DNA of 64,000 nucleotides. Origin: a virus. Lineage: Duplodnaviria; Caudoviricetes. Location: IMG/VR virus record IMGVR_UViG_3300025387_000015, positions 1 through 64,000 of that record; one strand, given 5' to 3'. Below, piece by piece: positions 55,622 through 64,000 of this stretch; position 1 is the first letter of the stretch; every line of letters begins with the position of its first letter. The position numbers were made by a program, and so were the translations under genes. Below the pieces are notes generated by a model. The model worked only from the letters and a program-made list of their open reading frames with translations. It was not told where the DNA came from and made no database searches.

Positions 55622-56045
55622 TCCTAAGTTTAAGCAACGTATGGAAGAAAAAGTCAAGATTGATAGAAATCATGATGTACCATACGTTGCTGGATATTCA
55701 AAAGATGGTAAGACAATATATATCGACCGTCATCTATTAAAGATGAAAAATGAACACGATATTGAGCCATATCTTATTGTTCATGAAAAAACAGAAAAAA
55801 CATTGATAGATATATTTAAACTAGACTATCAGCATGCGCATTATATTGCCATGGAACAAGAAAAAGAGGCTGTTAATACAGGTGGCCTAGAGTGGAGTGC
55901 GTACGAGAAGCACTATAACAAATTCATTAAAGGTTGTGCTCATGAAAAACTACAAAAGGTGCCAGCCGACTTAGACATGACACCCTATAAAGACGAGAAA
56001 GACTTTCATCTTCTCAGAGATATGGAAAAACAAGAAGTTAAGTAG
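55587..56045 (+). CDS. hypothetical protein with HExxE...H metal-site-like motif
   Basis: VAGYS.DG.TIYIDR, HEKTE and HAHYIA. Confidence 0.55.
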   Translation: MHSFKIHKYINDPKFKQRMEEKVKIDRNHDVPYVAGYSKDGKTIYIDRHLLKMKNEHDIEPYLIVHEKTEKTLIDIFKLDYQHAHYIAMEQEKEAVNTGGLEWSAYEKHYNKFIKGCAHEKLQKVPADLDMTPYKDEKDFHLLRDMEKQEVK

Positions 56046-56700
56046 TAAATATCTCTATTACCTTTGCAACATAATCAGATCTATTTTTAACAAATAGCTG
56101 TGGTTCTTCGTGATCTACAGCTATCATTATTGCTATCTGTGGAATAGCAATCTTATAAATCCATTCAAACATCATTGAATATACTGTAGTCTGCAGAAAA
56201 TAGGATTCAATCCACTCTTCTTTCTTCAGCTTTCTAGAAGTTTTAAAATCAATTACAGAAGGTACTCCATCGAACTCTGCGATTAAGTCGCATCTTCCAG
56301 CAGTCTTAAGTACAACGGAGTATAGAGGTAGTTCTATACCTAAGATATTATCTACGTGCTTATCGAGAAGAGGCTGTAAAGAATTAAAAGAATCAATGCC
56401 AGAAGGCATAGAATCTCTAAGGTGGTTCTCTTCGTTTCGAACGTATCGTTCTGCAAGAGTATGGACTGCTGTTCCTCTTCTCGCAGCTTGAGTAGATATT
56501 TTATTAGCTTCTTCGTGTCCAACTTTATTTCTCCACTCAATAAGAGCAGTTTTATCTAATTTGTCAGACAGAACAGTTGTTACCGAACGGAATTTACTTC
56601 CATCCGGTAACACATAATATCTTTTGCCATCAATATTTTCTGTTGTAATATCGATTTCAGGAACTAAGTTATGCTTGAATATCTTTCTGGAAACCATCAA
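56038..56700 (-). CDS. PD-(D/E)XK (Cas4/RecB-like) exonuclease
   Basis: SVTTVL, RGTAVH, AGRCDLI, VIDFKTS and YFLQ...Y. Confidence 0.88.
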   Translation of the reverse strand: MMVSRKIFKHNLVPEIDITTENIDGKRYYVLPDGSKFRSVTTVLSDKLDKTALIEWRNKVGHEEANKISTQAARRGTAVHTLAERYVRNEENHLRDSMPSGIDSFNSLQPLLDKHVDNILGIELPLYSVVLKTAGRCDLIAEFDGVPSVIDFKTSRKLKKEEWIESYFLQTTVYSMMFEWIYKIAIPQIAIMIAVDHEEPQLFVKNRSDYVAKVIEIFTT

Positions 56701-57319
56701 TCACCGTATACTTCGCATCCATCCGAGCAGTAGTAATAAAGTTACCAGGTTTATTCGGATTAGGAGCGATCCACTGTAAAGCAACAGGACCAATTCCTTT
56801 TGCTAAGAAATAACGAGCACCAGTAGTTTTAGAACCCCAAGACTGCTGATAAACAATCGTCAGAACATCATTGTATTTATCCCCATTGGTAAGGGTCAAT
56901 TCTTCCATCCAAGATTCCCATATAACAGTTTGAGTTCCCGTTTGGAACGCTGGAGGATTACAAGATAGTGGGTCCATTTTAGGTCTATTTTGATAGAAAC
57001 TACCTATGTTTGCCCATTCTCCCCAACCAATACCAGGATTCATTACTACTTTCTTACGAGCACCAAATAGACCACCTTTTGGGTAGTCGTCTCTCCATTC
57101 CATAATACCTTGGCCAGGAGTATATCTCATATACCATGTATCCTGCCACTGCATAGCAGCATTATACTCAACATAAAGCATATCCTTCTTATCATCAGAG
57201 AGAAGAAAATATGCTACTATATCTGGCATTGAACCATCTACCGCTCTATATGTGAAAGTGTTAATCTTTCCATAAGAAGGAGATGGCCAGTAAGAAGGAA
57301 CAAAATAGGTATTTGCCAT
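56669..57319 (-). CDS. hypothetical protein
   Basis: 216-aa Trp/Tyr-rich ORF in the minus-strand operon; no motif recognised. Confidence 0.6.
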   Translation of the reverse strand: MANTYFVPSYWPSPSYGKINTFTYRAVDGSMPDIVAYFLLSDDKKDMLYVEYNAAMQWQDTWYMRYTPGQGIMEWRDDYPKGGLFGARKKVVMNPGIGWGEWANIGSFYQNRPKMDPLSCNPPAFQTGTQTVIWESWMEELTLTNGDKYNDVLTIVYQQSWGSKTTGARYFLAKGIGPVALQWIAPNPNKPGNFITTARMDAKYTVIDGFQKDIQA

Positions 57320-58081
57320 TTAGTATCCTAAGTTTTCTACAGTTATAATAAACTCTTTAACAATATCAGATCTGACAATATCATCATGAGTAAATTCAAC
57401 CATGGCAAATGATTTCATTCTTTTAATAACTTCAATGAATTTAAGAATATCTTCTTTTCTATTGTCTTCTCTATAAGTATTTCTAATATCACTCTGACGA
57501 TAATCACCACAGAATATAATTCTGCAGTTTTTACCAATACGAGTTGCAGTGGCGTATGCCTCATTCCAAATTAAATTCTGTGTTTCGTCTACGATAACAA
57601 TACAGTTCTCGAGAGTGATACCACGAATATAAGAAGTAGAAATAAACTCTACTATGTTCTTATTCTTCATGTATTCGTATGCATCTCCCCTTCCAAACAA
57701 CTCAGTAAATATAGCTTGGTAAGGAGCTTCATATACTTTAGTTTTTTCTTTGAGGTTTCCTGGAAGAAACCCAACATTCTTTGAAGGTTCAGCAGATCTA
57801 CAAATATATATTTTCTTGTATTCTTCAGAGCCATTCAGAACTTCTTTGAGAGCAAGATATGTAGATAAAAAAGTCTTACCAGATCCAGCAGATCCAAGGA
57901 GCATCAAATGAAGACCTTGATTGTATGCCTGAAATGTAAGTTTTTGGTTATTAGTTAATGGTTCAATATGTTTAAGTTTAAAATTTACCTTTTCTTGAAA
58001 GTTCTCTTTTTGTTGGTTTCCTTGTCGAAGAAGTCTTTTCTCTCTACGAGTTAATCTTCTTGTTCTTGATTCTTCGTCCAT
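57320..58081 (-). CDS. phoH: PhoH-family ATPase
   Basis: GSAGSGKTF, RS, GFLPG...EK, RGITL, IVDETQN and GDYRQSD. Confidence 0.93.
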   Translation of the reverse strand: MDEESRTRRLTRREKRLLRQGNQQKENFQEKVNFKLKHIEPLTNNQKLTFQAYNQGLHLMLLGSAGSGKTFLSTYLALKEVLNGSEEYKKIYICRSAEPSKNVGFLPGNLKEKTKVYEAPYQAIFTELFGRGDAYEYMKNKNIVEFISTSYIRGITLENCIVIVDETQNLIWNEAYATATRIGKNCRIIFCGDYRQSDIRNTYREDNRKEDILKFIEVIKRMKSFAMVEFTHDDIVRSDIVKEFIITVENLGY

Positions 58082-58089
58082 TATTCCTC

Positions 58090-58335
58090 TTAAAAAGTGT
58101 TGATAGTGCTCCTCTTGATACCTCTATTTGCATTCTTCTTCATTTGTTTAAGCAAGTCACGAAAACCTTCATCTGGTTTTGTCATACCCCTGCCAGAAGA
58201 AATCATTGGAGCACCATGTACTAGTTGAGTTACATTTGGATTTTCTTCCAAATACACATCAAGTGCGGAGATCGTCATGAACTCCTCATACTCTTCGCCA
58301 GTATCATTGTTTAAAAACTTATAAGTAGGCATCAA
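58090..58335 (-). CDS. FmdB-like small regulatory protein lacking the zinc-ribbon cysteines
   Basis: MPTYKF.N..TGEEYEEFM.IS. Confidence 0.6.
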   Translation of the reverse strand: MMPTYKFLNNDTGEEYEEFMTISALDVYLEENPNVTQLVHGAPMISSGRGMTKPDEGFRDLLKQMKKNANRGIKRSTINTF

Positions 58336-58535
58336 TATTTCCAGTTATTATCTTCGATATCATAATCATAATCATCTTCTGCTTCGAGCAACTCATCGAT
58401 GTTTTTGGTACGAAGAGCATGCTCAACTCTTTTTTCTTTTCTCTTTTTTAAGTATTCACTTGGAGCATGACGATATTCGTCTTCTTCGTGTGAATAATCA
58501 TTTTTACGAAATTTCTTAATTGACATTTTGCTCAT
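58332..58535 (-). CDS. small hypothetical protein
   Basis: Charged 67-aa ORF coupled to both neighbours. Confidence 0.55.
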   Translation of the reverse strand: MSKMSIKKFRKNDYSHEEDEYRHAPSEYLKKRKEKRVEHALRTKNIDELLEAEDDYDYDIEDNNWKY

Positions 58536-58969
58536 TCTACAATTAACCCCGGAAGTCCTTCTTTTACATGTTGAAGCGTAATACCATTAAATGGCATCTT
58601 CTTATCCTTAATGGCACAAAGAAGTTTAGCGTCATTAGGATCTACTCTTTCGAGTAACTCAATGAACATAACTTCCCTCTTAGATTGAGGAAGATTGTCA
58701 TGAAACCCTTTGATAAAATAACGTAGCTTTTCACAGTCTTTGATAAGAACGTGCTGTTGGTCAACTAATTCGTTTGGTTTATAAGGAGGAGTTCCTGGAG
58801 GTAGAAGCCATTCAACTTTAGGATCAAACGCTCCTTGAAGGATAATACGTAAAGGTAGGCTATCATTATGTCTGATAGCGTTAATCTTATCTTGTGTCTT
58901 TTTTAACTTAGTTACTTTTTCTAAAAATTCATACAAACCGATTTGCATTTCATTCTCCTTAAAATTCAC
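58532..58969 (-). CDS. conserved T4-like hypothetical protein
   Basis: FDP...WLLP.G.PPY and RE.MFI.LLE.V.P.DA.LL...KDK. Confidence 0.65.
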   Translation of the reverse strand: MNFKENEMQIGLYEFLEKVTKLKKTQDKINAIRHNDSLPLRIILQGAFDPKVEWLLPPGTPPYKPNELVDQQHVLIKDCEKLRYFIKGFHDNLPQSKREVMFIELLERVDPNDAKLLCAIKDKKMPFNGITLQHVKEGLPGLIVE

Positions 58970-59819
58970 TGATATATTCAGCTAAGTTTTTCAATTTATT
59001 TGCTATAAAATAATTCATTAATTTACTACGGTCACGCCCAGTTTGTTCATTATACTGGGTTAATACTTTCTCTTTAATTTCATTTGGAGTATATTGAAGA
59101 TCTATAAGCTGTCTATTACGGCAGAAATTACGATAAGTCTTTTCATCATAATCTTTTCCTGGAATACTGTTCAATAATTGTTCCATTCTTTTAGCAGTAA
59201 GTGGCTTCTGTCTAGTTCCAACAACAAAGCAATTATCGTCAGATAGAACATTTGGAACTCCATCGCTAGTATCGCCCTTCATAATGTGCTCGAGTAAGAA
59301 ACGGTCTGGGTTGTCATGTTTGATCCACTTCTTTCGAGTAGGATCATATTGACTAACATTAGCGTGCTTATGCAACTGAATAAAATCTTTGTCCCCTGAG
59401 AGAATTAGAATCTTCATGCCAGTATTTAGTTCTTGGCCGAATTCAGACACTAAGCTGGCAATAATATCATCTGCCTCGGCTGATTCAACATCAATGACCC
59501 TGTATGGGAAAAACTCCTTGAGTTCGGCACGAATTTTGTTCATGCACTCAAAGATTTCTTTCCAGTTGAGTTCTGACTCTGCAATGGCTTTTTTACGATT
59601 TGCTTTATAATATGGAAATAACTGTTTGCGCCAGTAATTGGTGTTGTCGCATGCAATGACAATCTCACCATATTCTGAGCCAAACTTTTGTTTGTATGAA
59701 CGAATGGCATTAAGCACCATATGCCTTACCATTCCTTCTTCTACTTGGGCATTTAGATGATTCCCAAGTTGCATCATCAAATTAGATAACATCACCTGAT
59801 TCAAATCAACGATAATCAC
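58959..59819 (-). CDS. rnh: T4-type RNase H (5'-3' exonuclease)
   Basis: IVDLNQ, IACD...YWRK..FPYYKA.RK, EADDII, ILSGDKDFIQL and GDTSDGVPN. Confidence 0.95.
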   Translation of the reverse strand: MIIVDLNQVMLSNLMMQLGNHLNAQVEEGMVRHMVLNAIRSYKQKFGSEYGEIVIACDNTNYWRKQLFPYYKANRKKAIAESELNWKEIFECMNKIRAELKEFFPYRVIDVESAEADDIIASLVSEFGQELNTGMKILILSGDKDFIQLHKHANVSQYDPTRKKWIKHDNPDRFLLEHIMKGDTSDGVPNVLSDDNCFVVGTRQKPLTAKRMEQLLNSIPGKDYDEKTYRNFCRNRQLIDLQYTPNEIKEKVLTQYNEQTGRDRSKLMNYFIANKLKNLAEYISEF

Positions 59820-59820
59820 T

Positions 59821-60204
59821 TTATTCCTCGCTTACATCTTCCCTAAGATCAACGTGCACCTCGTCTGCTATTCTAAGGGCACCTTCTTCGTTTTCATCAT
59901 CTTGGAATACTTCATCGCACAATCTCTGGAAAGGATGATATATTCCGTAATGTTTACATAGCATAGAACGTATAGATTCTACCAGAAAAGCTCCATCCAT
60001 AACATCATCCTCTAAATCTTCTTCGTCAGGATAAAATCCTGCAATTTCTAATTGAGTAAAGATTAAAGGAATAAGATTAGTAATAGTTTCTTGAATGTGA
60101 TATAGATTCATCTGTTCGACGTTATGGTTTATCTCGTCGATAGAAATCATCTTTTGTATGTTTTTATTTTCTCTGGGGAAAACAATTACGTTATTACTAG
60201 TCAT
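59821..60204 (-). CDS. hypothetical protein, apparently leaderless
   Basis: NVIVFPR...HPFQ pattern; the promoter abuts the ATG and there is no SD. Confidence 0.65.
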   Translation of the reverse strand: MTSNNVIVFPRENKNIQKMISIDEINHNVEQMNLYHIQETITNLIPLIFTQLEIAGFYPDEEDLEDDVMDGAFLVESIRSMLCKHYGIYHPFQRLCDEVFQDDENEEGALRIADEVHVDLREDVSEE

Positions 60205-60210
60205 AATTTT

Positions 60211-60239
60211 ATTATACCCTACATTATGGGAATTGTCAA
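60211..60239 (-). promoter_or_regulatory. perfect sigma70 promoter TTGACA-N17-TATAAT
   Basis: Reverse complement of 60234-60239 is TTGACA and of 60211-60216 is TATAAT, with a 17-nt spacer. Confidence 0.85.
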
Positions 60240-60241
60240 TC

Positions 60242-60249
60242 TATTTATA
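60242..60249 (-). promoter_or_regulatory. TATAAATA late promoter in tandem with the sigma70 promoter
   Basis: TATTTATA on the + strand at 60242-60249. Confidence 0.5.
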
Positions 60250-60832
60250 ATTTAAGAGAAGAACAAGGTTTATTGGCATACATCTTACGAATATTTTGCG
60301 CAAGAACATGCATAAGAATCTGGTGACAATCCTCCACGACTCCATAATTATCGCATTTGACATGTATAATTTGGTCAGCAAGATTTTCCTTTACAACAGC
60401 TCCACCACCGAAACCAACAAATGCGATAGTACCAAAGTTCTCTTCTTTTGCTTGCTTCAGACCTTTAATTATATTAGGAGAATTGCCTGAAGATGATATA
60501 GCAAGAACGACAGCATAATCGTCTTGTGCATATTTAATTTGTTTTGAGAAAACTTCATCATAACTAAAGTCATTGGCAATCGCAGTCATAAGTGACATAT
60601 TACAACCAAGATTTCTTGTGTTAGGTGTGAAGTCTGTATCTTCGCCAACACCTTTAGTGTGATCGCAAGACCAATGGTCAGCGATAGCAGCAGAACCACC
60701 ATTACCGATAGTAAGTATTGGGTGTCTGTGAATTGCGCAGTAAGTTAATACGTTCATAACCTTTGTCAATTCAACTTCGTCGACAGTATTCAAGGCATCA
60801 TTAATCATCTGTTGATATTCTTTAAGCATCAC
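60245..60832 (-). CDS. gmhA: phosphoheptose isomerase (sedoheptulose-7-phosphate isomerase)
   Basis: GNGGSAA.ADH, TAIAND.SY..VFSKQ, ISSSGNSPN and VEDCHQILMH. Confidence 0.92.
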   Translation of the reverse strand: MMLKEYQQMINDALNTVDEVELTKVMNVLTYCAIHRHPILTIGNGGSAAIADHWSCDHTKGVGEDTDFTPNTRNLGCNMSLMTAIANDFSYDEVFSKQIKYAQDDYAVVLAISSSGNSPNIIKGLKQAKEENFGTIAFVGFGGGAVVKENLADQIIHVKCDNYGVVEDCHQILMHVLAQNIRKMYANKPCSSLKL

Positions 60833-61803
60833 ACAAGCTCCAACGTAGATCCATTTTTCGCAAATCTAAATTTAAATCTCTGATAGTTTTTCATTGATTC
60901 CAGTACTCTGTTTTTACATTTATCTGGAACGTAGACCAACAGATAACCGCCGCCGCCTGCTCCTAATATCTTACCACCCAGAGCGCCACCCTTCATGGCT
61001 CTGTCATACATCTCATCGATTACAGGATTTGTAACATTATCAGAAAGTTGTTTCTTTATCTGCCAACTTTGATCAAGAAGATTACCAAAATCGTCAATTC
61101 TCTTCTTCTGTAGGAGTTTAAGAGAAGTCCTTGCTAGCTCTACCATAGCTTTAGTCTGCTCTACATTTACATTATTTTTTAGATTTTCTACCTGTTTTGA
61201 TAATACTGAAGATGCTTGTCTGTTAATTCCAGTATTAAATGCTAGTAGATTATTATCTAATTCATACATGGCGCTGGCATCAATGTCAACTGGTTTTACT
61301 CTTGTCTCATTACCATGAAAGTATATAGTGTTAAATCCACCATAAGCTGCAGCGTATTGATCTTGCTTTCCGATTGGTTCTGAACAACGAATAATCTCAA
61401 TATAAGAAGCAAGTTCTGCTAATTCTTTATGATCTATATTCTTATTATGAACTATTCTATAGATAGCGTTGATTAAACCTACCGTAAATGTAGATGATGA
61501 ACCCAATCCAGTTCCCTTAACAGGAACATCAGAAAAGGATGCAATCTCAATATTTGATGGAAATTCGAAGTGTTTCAGAGTCTCTCTGACTCTATCGTGT
61601 TTAACGTCATCGAGATTATCTGTCTGTTCTAATACAGAATAGATTACTCTAATATGATTGGCAACACAGCGATTAACAGCCAAATAGATATAACTATTAA
61701 TTGCTGTAGATACTACCATTCCTTCGTTCTCTTCGTAGAACTGAGGAATGTCAGAACCTCCTCCAAAGAAGGAGATCCTGAGTGGTGTTTTTGTTACTAT
61801 CAT
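60829..61803 (-). CDS. hddA: GHMP sugar kinase, D-glycero-alpha-D-manno-heptose-7-phosphate kinase-like
   Basis: TPLRISFFGGGSD, GTGLGSSS, IGKQDQYAAAYGGFN and GGKILGAGGGG. Confidence 0.88.
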   Translation of the reverse strand: MIVTKTPLRISFFGGGSDIPQFYEENEGMVVSTAINSYIYLAVNRCVANHIRVIYSVLEQTDNLDDVKHDRVRETLKHFEFPSNIEIASFSDVPVKGTGLGSSSTFTVGLINAIYRIVHNKNIDHKELAELASYIEIIRCSEPIGKQDQYAAAYGGFNTIYFHGNETRVKPVDIDASAMYELDNNLLAFNTGINRQASSVLSKQVENLKNNVNVEQTKAMVELARTSLKLLQKKRIDDFGNLLDQSWQIKKQLSDNVTNPVIDEMYDRAMKGGALGGKILGAGGGGYLLVYVPDKCKNRVLESMKNYQRFKFRFAKNGSTLELV

Positions 61804-62792
61804 GTTCTATACGTAAACATCTCTGTTGGCATTTTTCTAGATTCAACAGTAGGATATTGTTCTTTCAACTCTACCATTAAAGACTCCCACTGTGAGCTAA
61901 TCCTATCAAGATTGAATCTAGTATCAGCATATGCTTTGGCAAACTTCAAATAATTCTGAATATCCGGATTATTTACTTCTTGAATTGCTTTATCAAGATA
62001 TTTGTAAAACACTTCAGCATGTTTAGCATTATCTTGATCCCACTGATACATGAAAGTCATTCCACCAGCTGTATCTGGAAGAGCAGCAAGATTAGGATTT
62101 ACGCAAAGTAATCCAGCTGACATTGATTCCATCAAAACACGACATGATGTTTCTTGCCAGATACATGGGTAAGCAAGAATATGAGAGGCCAATAAATGTT
62201 CTCTAAGTTTTTCTTGAGGAGAAAACCCATGATAAGTCATGTTTGGATGATTGGTAATCTGCTCGTAAAGAGGCTCAAAGTGCTTATCGGCGTCAGACCA
62301 ACCATAAATCTTGAATGAAGAAAATACATGTAGATGAATATTATTGTATTTCTTGCTAAGAGCATCAACAACTGGATATAGTAATTCCAATCCACGGTGT
62401 GGAGTAGAAAAATAGATAAGATTTACTTTATCTTTTGCTTTTTCTACTTTCTCAAATGGTTCGATTGGAGTTTCAATAACTTGAAGTTTAGAGTTAAATG
62501 GAATACCTAATCGTAAACACCAATCCTGAAGTTGCCAATTAGAAGAGAAAACCATCTTATGAAAACGGTTTCTGCTGTGCTCTTCTTTAAAATGAGCACA
62601 CTCTGGATCTTGTGCTAGATCATGCGCCCAGTAAACACGGATCTTGTCTTCTTGGAGATCACGAATACGAGAAGGAATGATTTGAAAATCTTCTGCCAAT
62701 TCAGGAGAGACTTTCTTACCAATACTTCTCTTTGTTATTTCAGTACCACCCTGCGACTTAGCAGAGATTTCATTTTCCTCAACGAACGCCAT
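61800..62792 (-). CDS. GT-B (GT4-like) glycosyltransferase
   Basis: GGTE, W.HD, IYFSTPHRGLE.L and YP...QETSC...MESMSAG (Ex7E). Confidence 0.85.
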   Translation of the reverse strand: MAFVEENEISAKSQGGTEITKRSIGKKVSPELAEDFQIIPSRIRDLQEDKIRVYWAHDLAQDPECAHFKEEHSRNRFHKMVFSSNWQLQDWCLRLGIPFNSKLQVIETPIEPFEKVEKAKDKVNLIYFSTPHRGLELLYPVVDALSKKYNNIHLHVFSSFKIYGWSDADKHFEPLYEQITNHPNMTYHGFSPQEKLREHLLASHILAYPCIWQETSCRVLMESMSAGLLCVNPNLAALPDTAGGMTFMYQWDQDNAKHAEVFYKYLDKAIQEVNNPDIQNYLKFAKAYADTRFNLDRISSQWESLMVELKEQYPTVESRKMPTEMFTYRT

Positions 62793-63333
62793 TCTTCAAC
62801 TCCATTTCGATTATATTAACTGCTTCAACCAAATCATTTGCATTATAATCTGGTACTATATGTTTATATTCTTCTGGTGGTTCATATTTGTAACTATCAC
62901 TATTTACTAATATAGTTTTGATAGAACATTTATTGGCAGGAACAATATCTTTCCATCTATCTCCAATCAAATAACTACTATCAGCGTCAACATCATATAT
63001 ATTCATTAATGTTTGGAACATTCCAGGGTTTGGTTTATATTGGTTAGATTTTTTATTCAAAGCAAACATAACATGATCAATACCAATGTTTTCTTGAAGA
63101 TGAATGCATATTTCCCAAAGATCTCCCATTATCATATCGCCATCATTGATACCAGGTTGATTGGTAACAACTAAAGCTCTAAATCCCATATCTTTAATAC
63201 GTTTAATACAATCTTTTACGTAAGGGAAAACTTCATATTCAGACAAACGCCAAGGAGAAGTTAATCTGCCATCTTCACGTTGAATCAGAGGATTTAATAC
63301 TCCATCTCTGTCTAAGAAGACTGCTTTTTGCAT
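62779..63333 (-). CDS. gmhB: HAD phosphatase, heptose-1,7-bisphosphate phosphatase-like
   Basis: FLDRDGVLN, VVTNQPG, KPNPGM and IGDRWKDI. Confidence 0.88.
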   Translation of the reverse strand: MQKAVFLDRDGVLNPLIQREDGRLTSPWRLSEYEVFPYVKDCIKRIKDMGFRALVVTNQPGINDGDMIMGDLWEICIHLQENIGIDHVMFALNKKSNQYKPNPGMFQTLMNIYDVDADSSYLIGDRWKDIVPANKCSIKTILVNSDSYKYEPPEEYKHIVPDYNANDLVEAVNIIEMELKNGVR

Positions 63334-63734
63334 CTTTCTCTCAATTCTGATGATGAAAAATTATGGTATCTTTCAAGAAATACTATTTGTATGTCTCTTA
63401 CTCTACAGATATTAAGTCCAGTTATTTCTTTATTTTTATCAGAATAATCAGCACCTATGAACCTTTTTTGCACACATAGTGTAGATAACATATTTACTAA
63501 ATCTTGTTCAGTATCATATGGAATAATATTATCTACATGTCTAATAGCAGAAAGTTGAACATATCTCTCAAACGTAGACTGTACTGGCTTATTCTTTGAG
63601 TAAGGTCTGTCTATTGTTGGATCGGTATGCAGCCCTACAATAAGCCAGTCACAGTTTTGTTTTGCTTCAGCGAGCATCGAAATATGACCAGCATGTAACA
63701 GGTCAAATGCTCCAAATGTAATTCCAACTATCAT
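63312..63734 (-). CDS. HIGH-family nucleotidyltransferase (TagD/RfaE domain II-like)
   Basis: GAFDLLHAGH, IVGL, ER...L, GADY and SSSELR. Confidence 0.88.
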   Translation of the reverse strand: MIVGITFGAFDLLHAGHISMLAEAKQNCDWLIVGLHTDPTIDRPYSKNKPVQSTFERYVQLSAIRHVDNIIPYDTEQDLVNMLSTLCVQKRFIGADYSDKNKEITGLNICRVRDIQIVFLERYHNFSSSELRERCKKQSS

Positions 63735-64000
63735 CAGTAAGTATCTACTACCTGAACATACTCTACTGCACTGATATGAAAAGATCTCCAGCCATTATTC
63801 TGAACATCCCAAACTGCAAGAACATCTGGATTGCTGTTATGGAACTCTTTTACTTTTGGTGATTCTGAAATGCTATAAGATTCCGGAAGAACATCGGGTC
63901 GAAGAGAACAACGCATAGTACGCTTTTCTCCATTAACTTTCGTAAAGAAAACTTCACATACACTCTCTTTAAGATCGTTCAGTAAAACATCACGTTCGTA
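63734..64000 (-). CDS. WYL_2/SH3-like conserved phage protein (5' end outside window)
   Basis: The frame stays open to the window edge: ...LKESVCEVFFTKVNGEKRTMRCSL...VWDVQNNGWRSF. Confidence 0.7.
   Translation of the reverse strand, partial: YERDVLLNDLKESVCEVFFTKVNGEKRTMRCSLRPDVLPESYSISESPKVKEFHNSNPDVLAVWDVQNNGWRSFHISAVEYVQVVDTY

Noticed and set aside
56038-56700. Cas4 as part of a CRISPR or anti-CRISPR system
   Set aside because: The PD-(D/E)XK core is present, but there is no Fe-S cysteine set, array or other cas gene; this is a common T4-like exonuclease.
474-63916. The many short antisense or out-of-frame ORFs in the track (e.g. 474-695, 4406-4891, 8233-8676, 34245-34523, 44627-45067)
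   Set aside because: They lie wholly within well-supported genes, have no RBS or motif, and look like codon-bias shadows.
1-64000. CRISPR array
   Set aside because: No regularly spaced 23-47 bp repeats with unique spacers were seen.
1-64000. Alternative genetic code (stop-codon reassignment)
   Set aside because: Core genes are full length under the standard code, use TAA, TGA and TAG as stops, and no suppressor tRNA is present.

Overview
This window is part of a large, AT-rich T4-like myovirus genome. The order gp23-gp3-uvsY-uvsW-gp55-gp47-gp46, with no gp24 after gp23, resembles cyanophage/alphaproteobacterial T4 relatives rather than enterobacterial T-evens. 1-20.8 kb is an unusually large array of tail-fibre/receptor-binding genes: four Peptidase_S74 chaperone fibres, four paralogous CBM-like proteins and a gp38-like glycine-rich adhesin. 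Embedded in it are a late-promoter cassette (an (Asn-Cys)5 peptide, a partner protein and a radical SAM/SPASM enzyme) and an ANL-type adenylation-like protein. 20.8-41.7 kb is the conserved neck/terminase/tail/head core (gp13-gp23, gp3) plus uvsY, uvsW, gp55, gp47 and gp46. 41.7-56 kb holds a peptide deformylase and GNAT, a MazG-like/TET-JBP/glycosyltransferase DNA-modification block, gp45/44/62/regA, tRNA-Asn(GTT), an unusual tRNA-Thr(AGT) beside a Zn-dependent deaminase, secreted/membrane proteins and an ATE/Bpt-like aminoacyl-protein transferase. 56-64 kb is on the minus strand: exonuclease, PhoH, RNase H and a heptose-nucleotide cluster (GmhA, HddA-like kinase, GT-B glycosyltransferase, GmhB, nucleotidyltransferase). 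The best candidates for undescribed biology are the rSAM/(NC)5 fibre cassette, the A34 tRNA plus deaminase pair, and the heptose pathway with a possible link to TET/GT DNA modification. All calls come from motif recognition by eye; no database searches were run.
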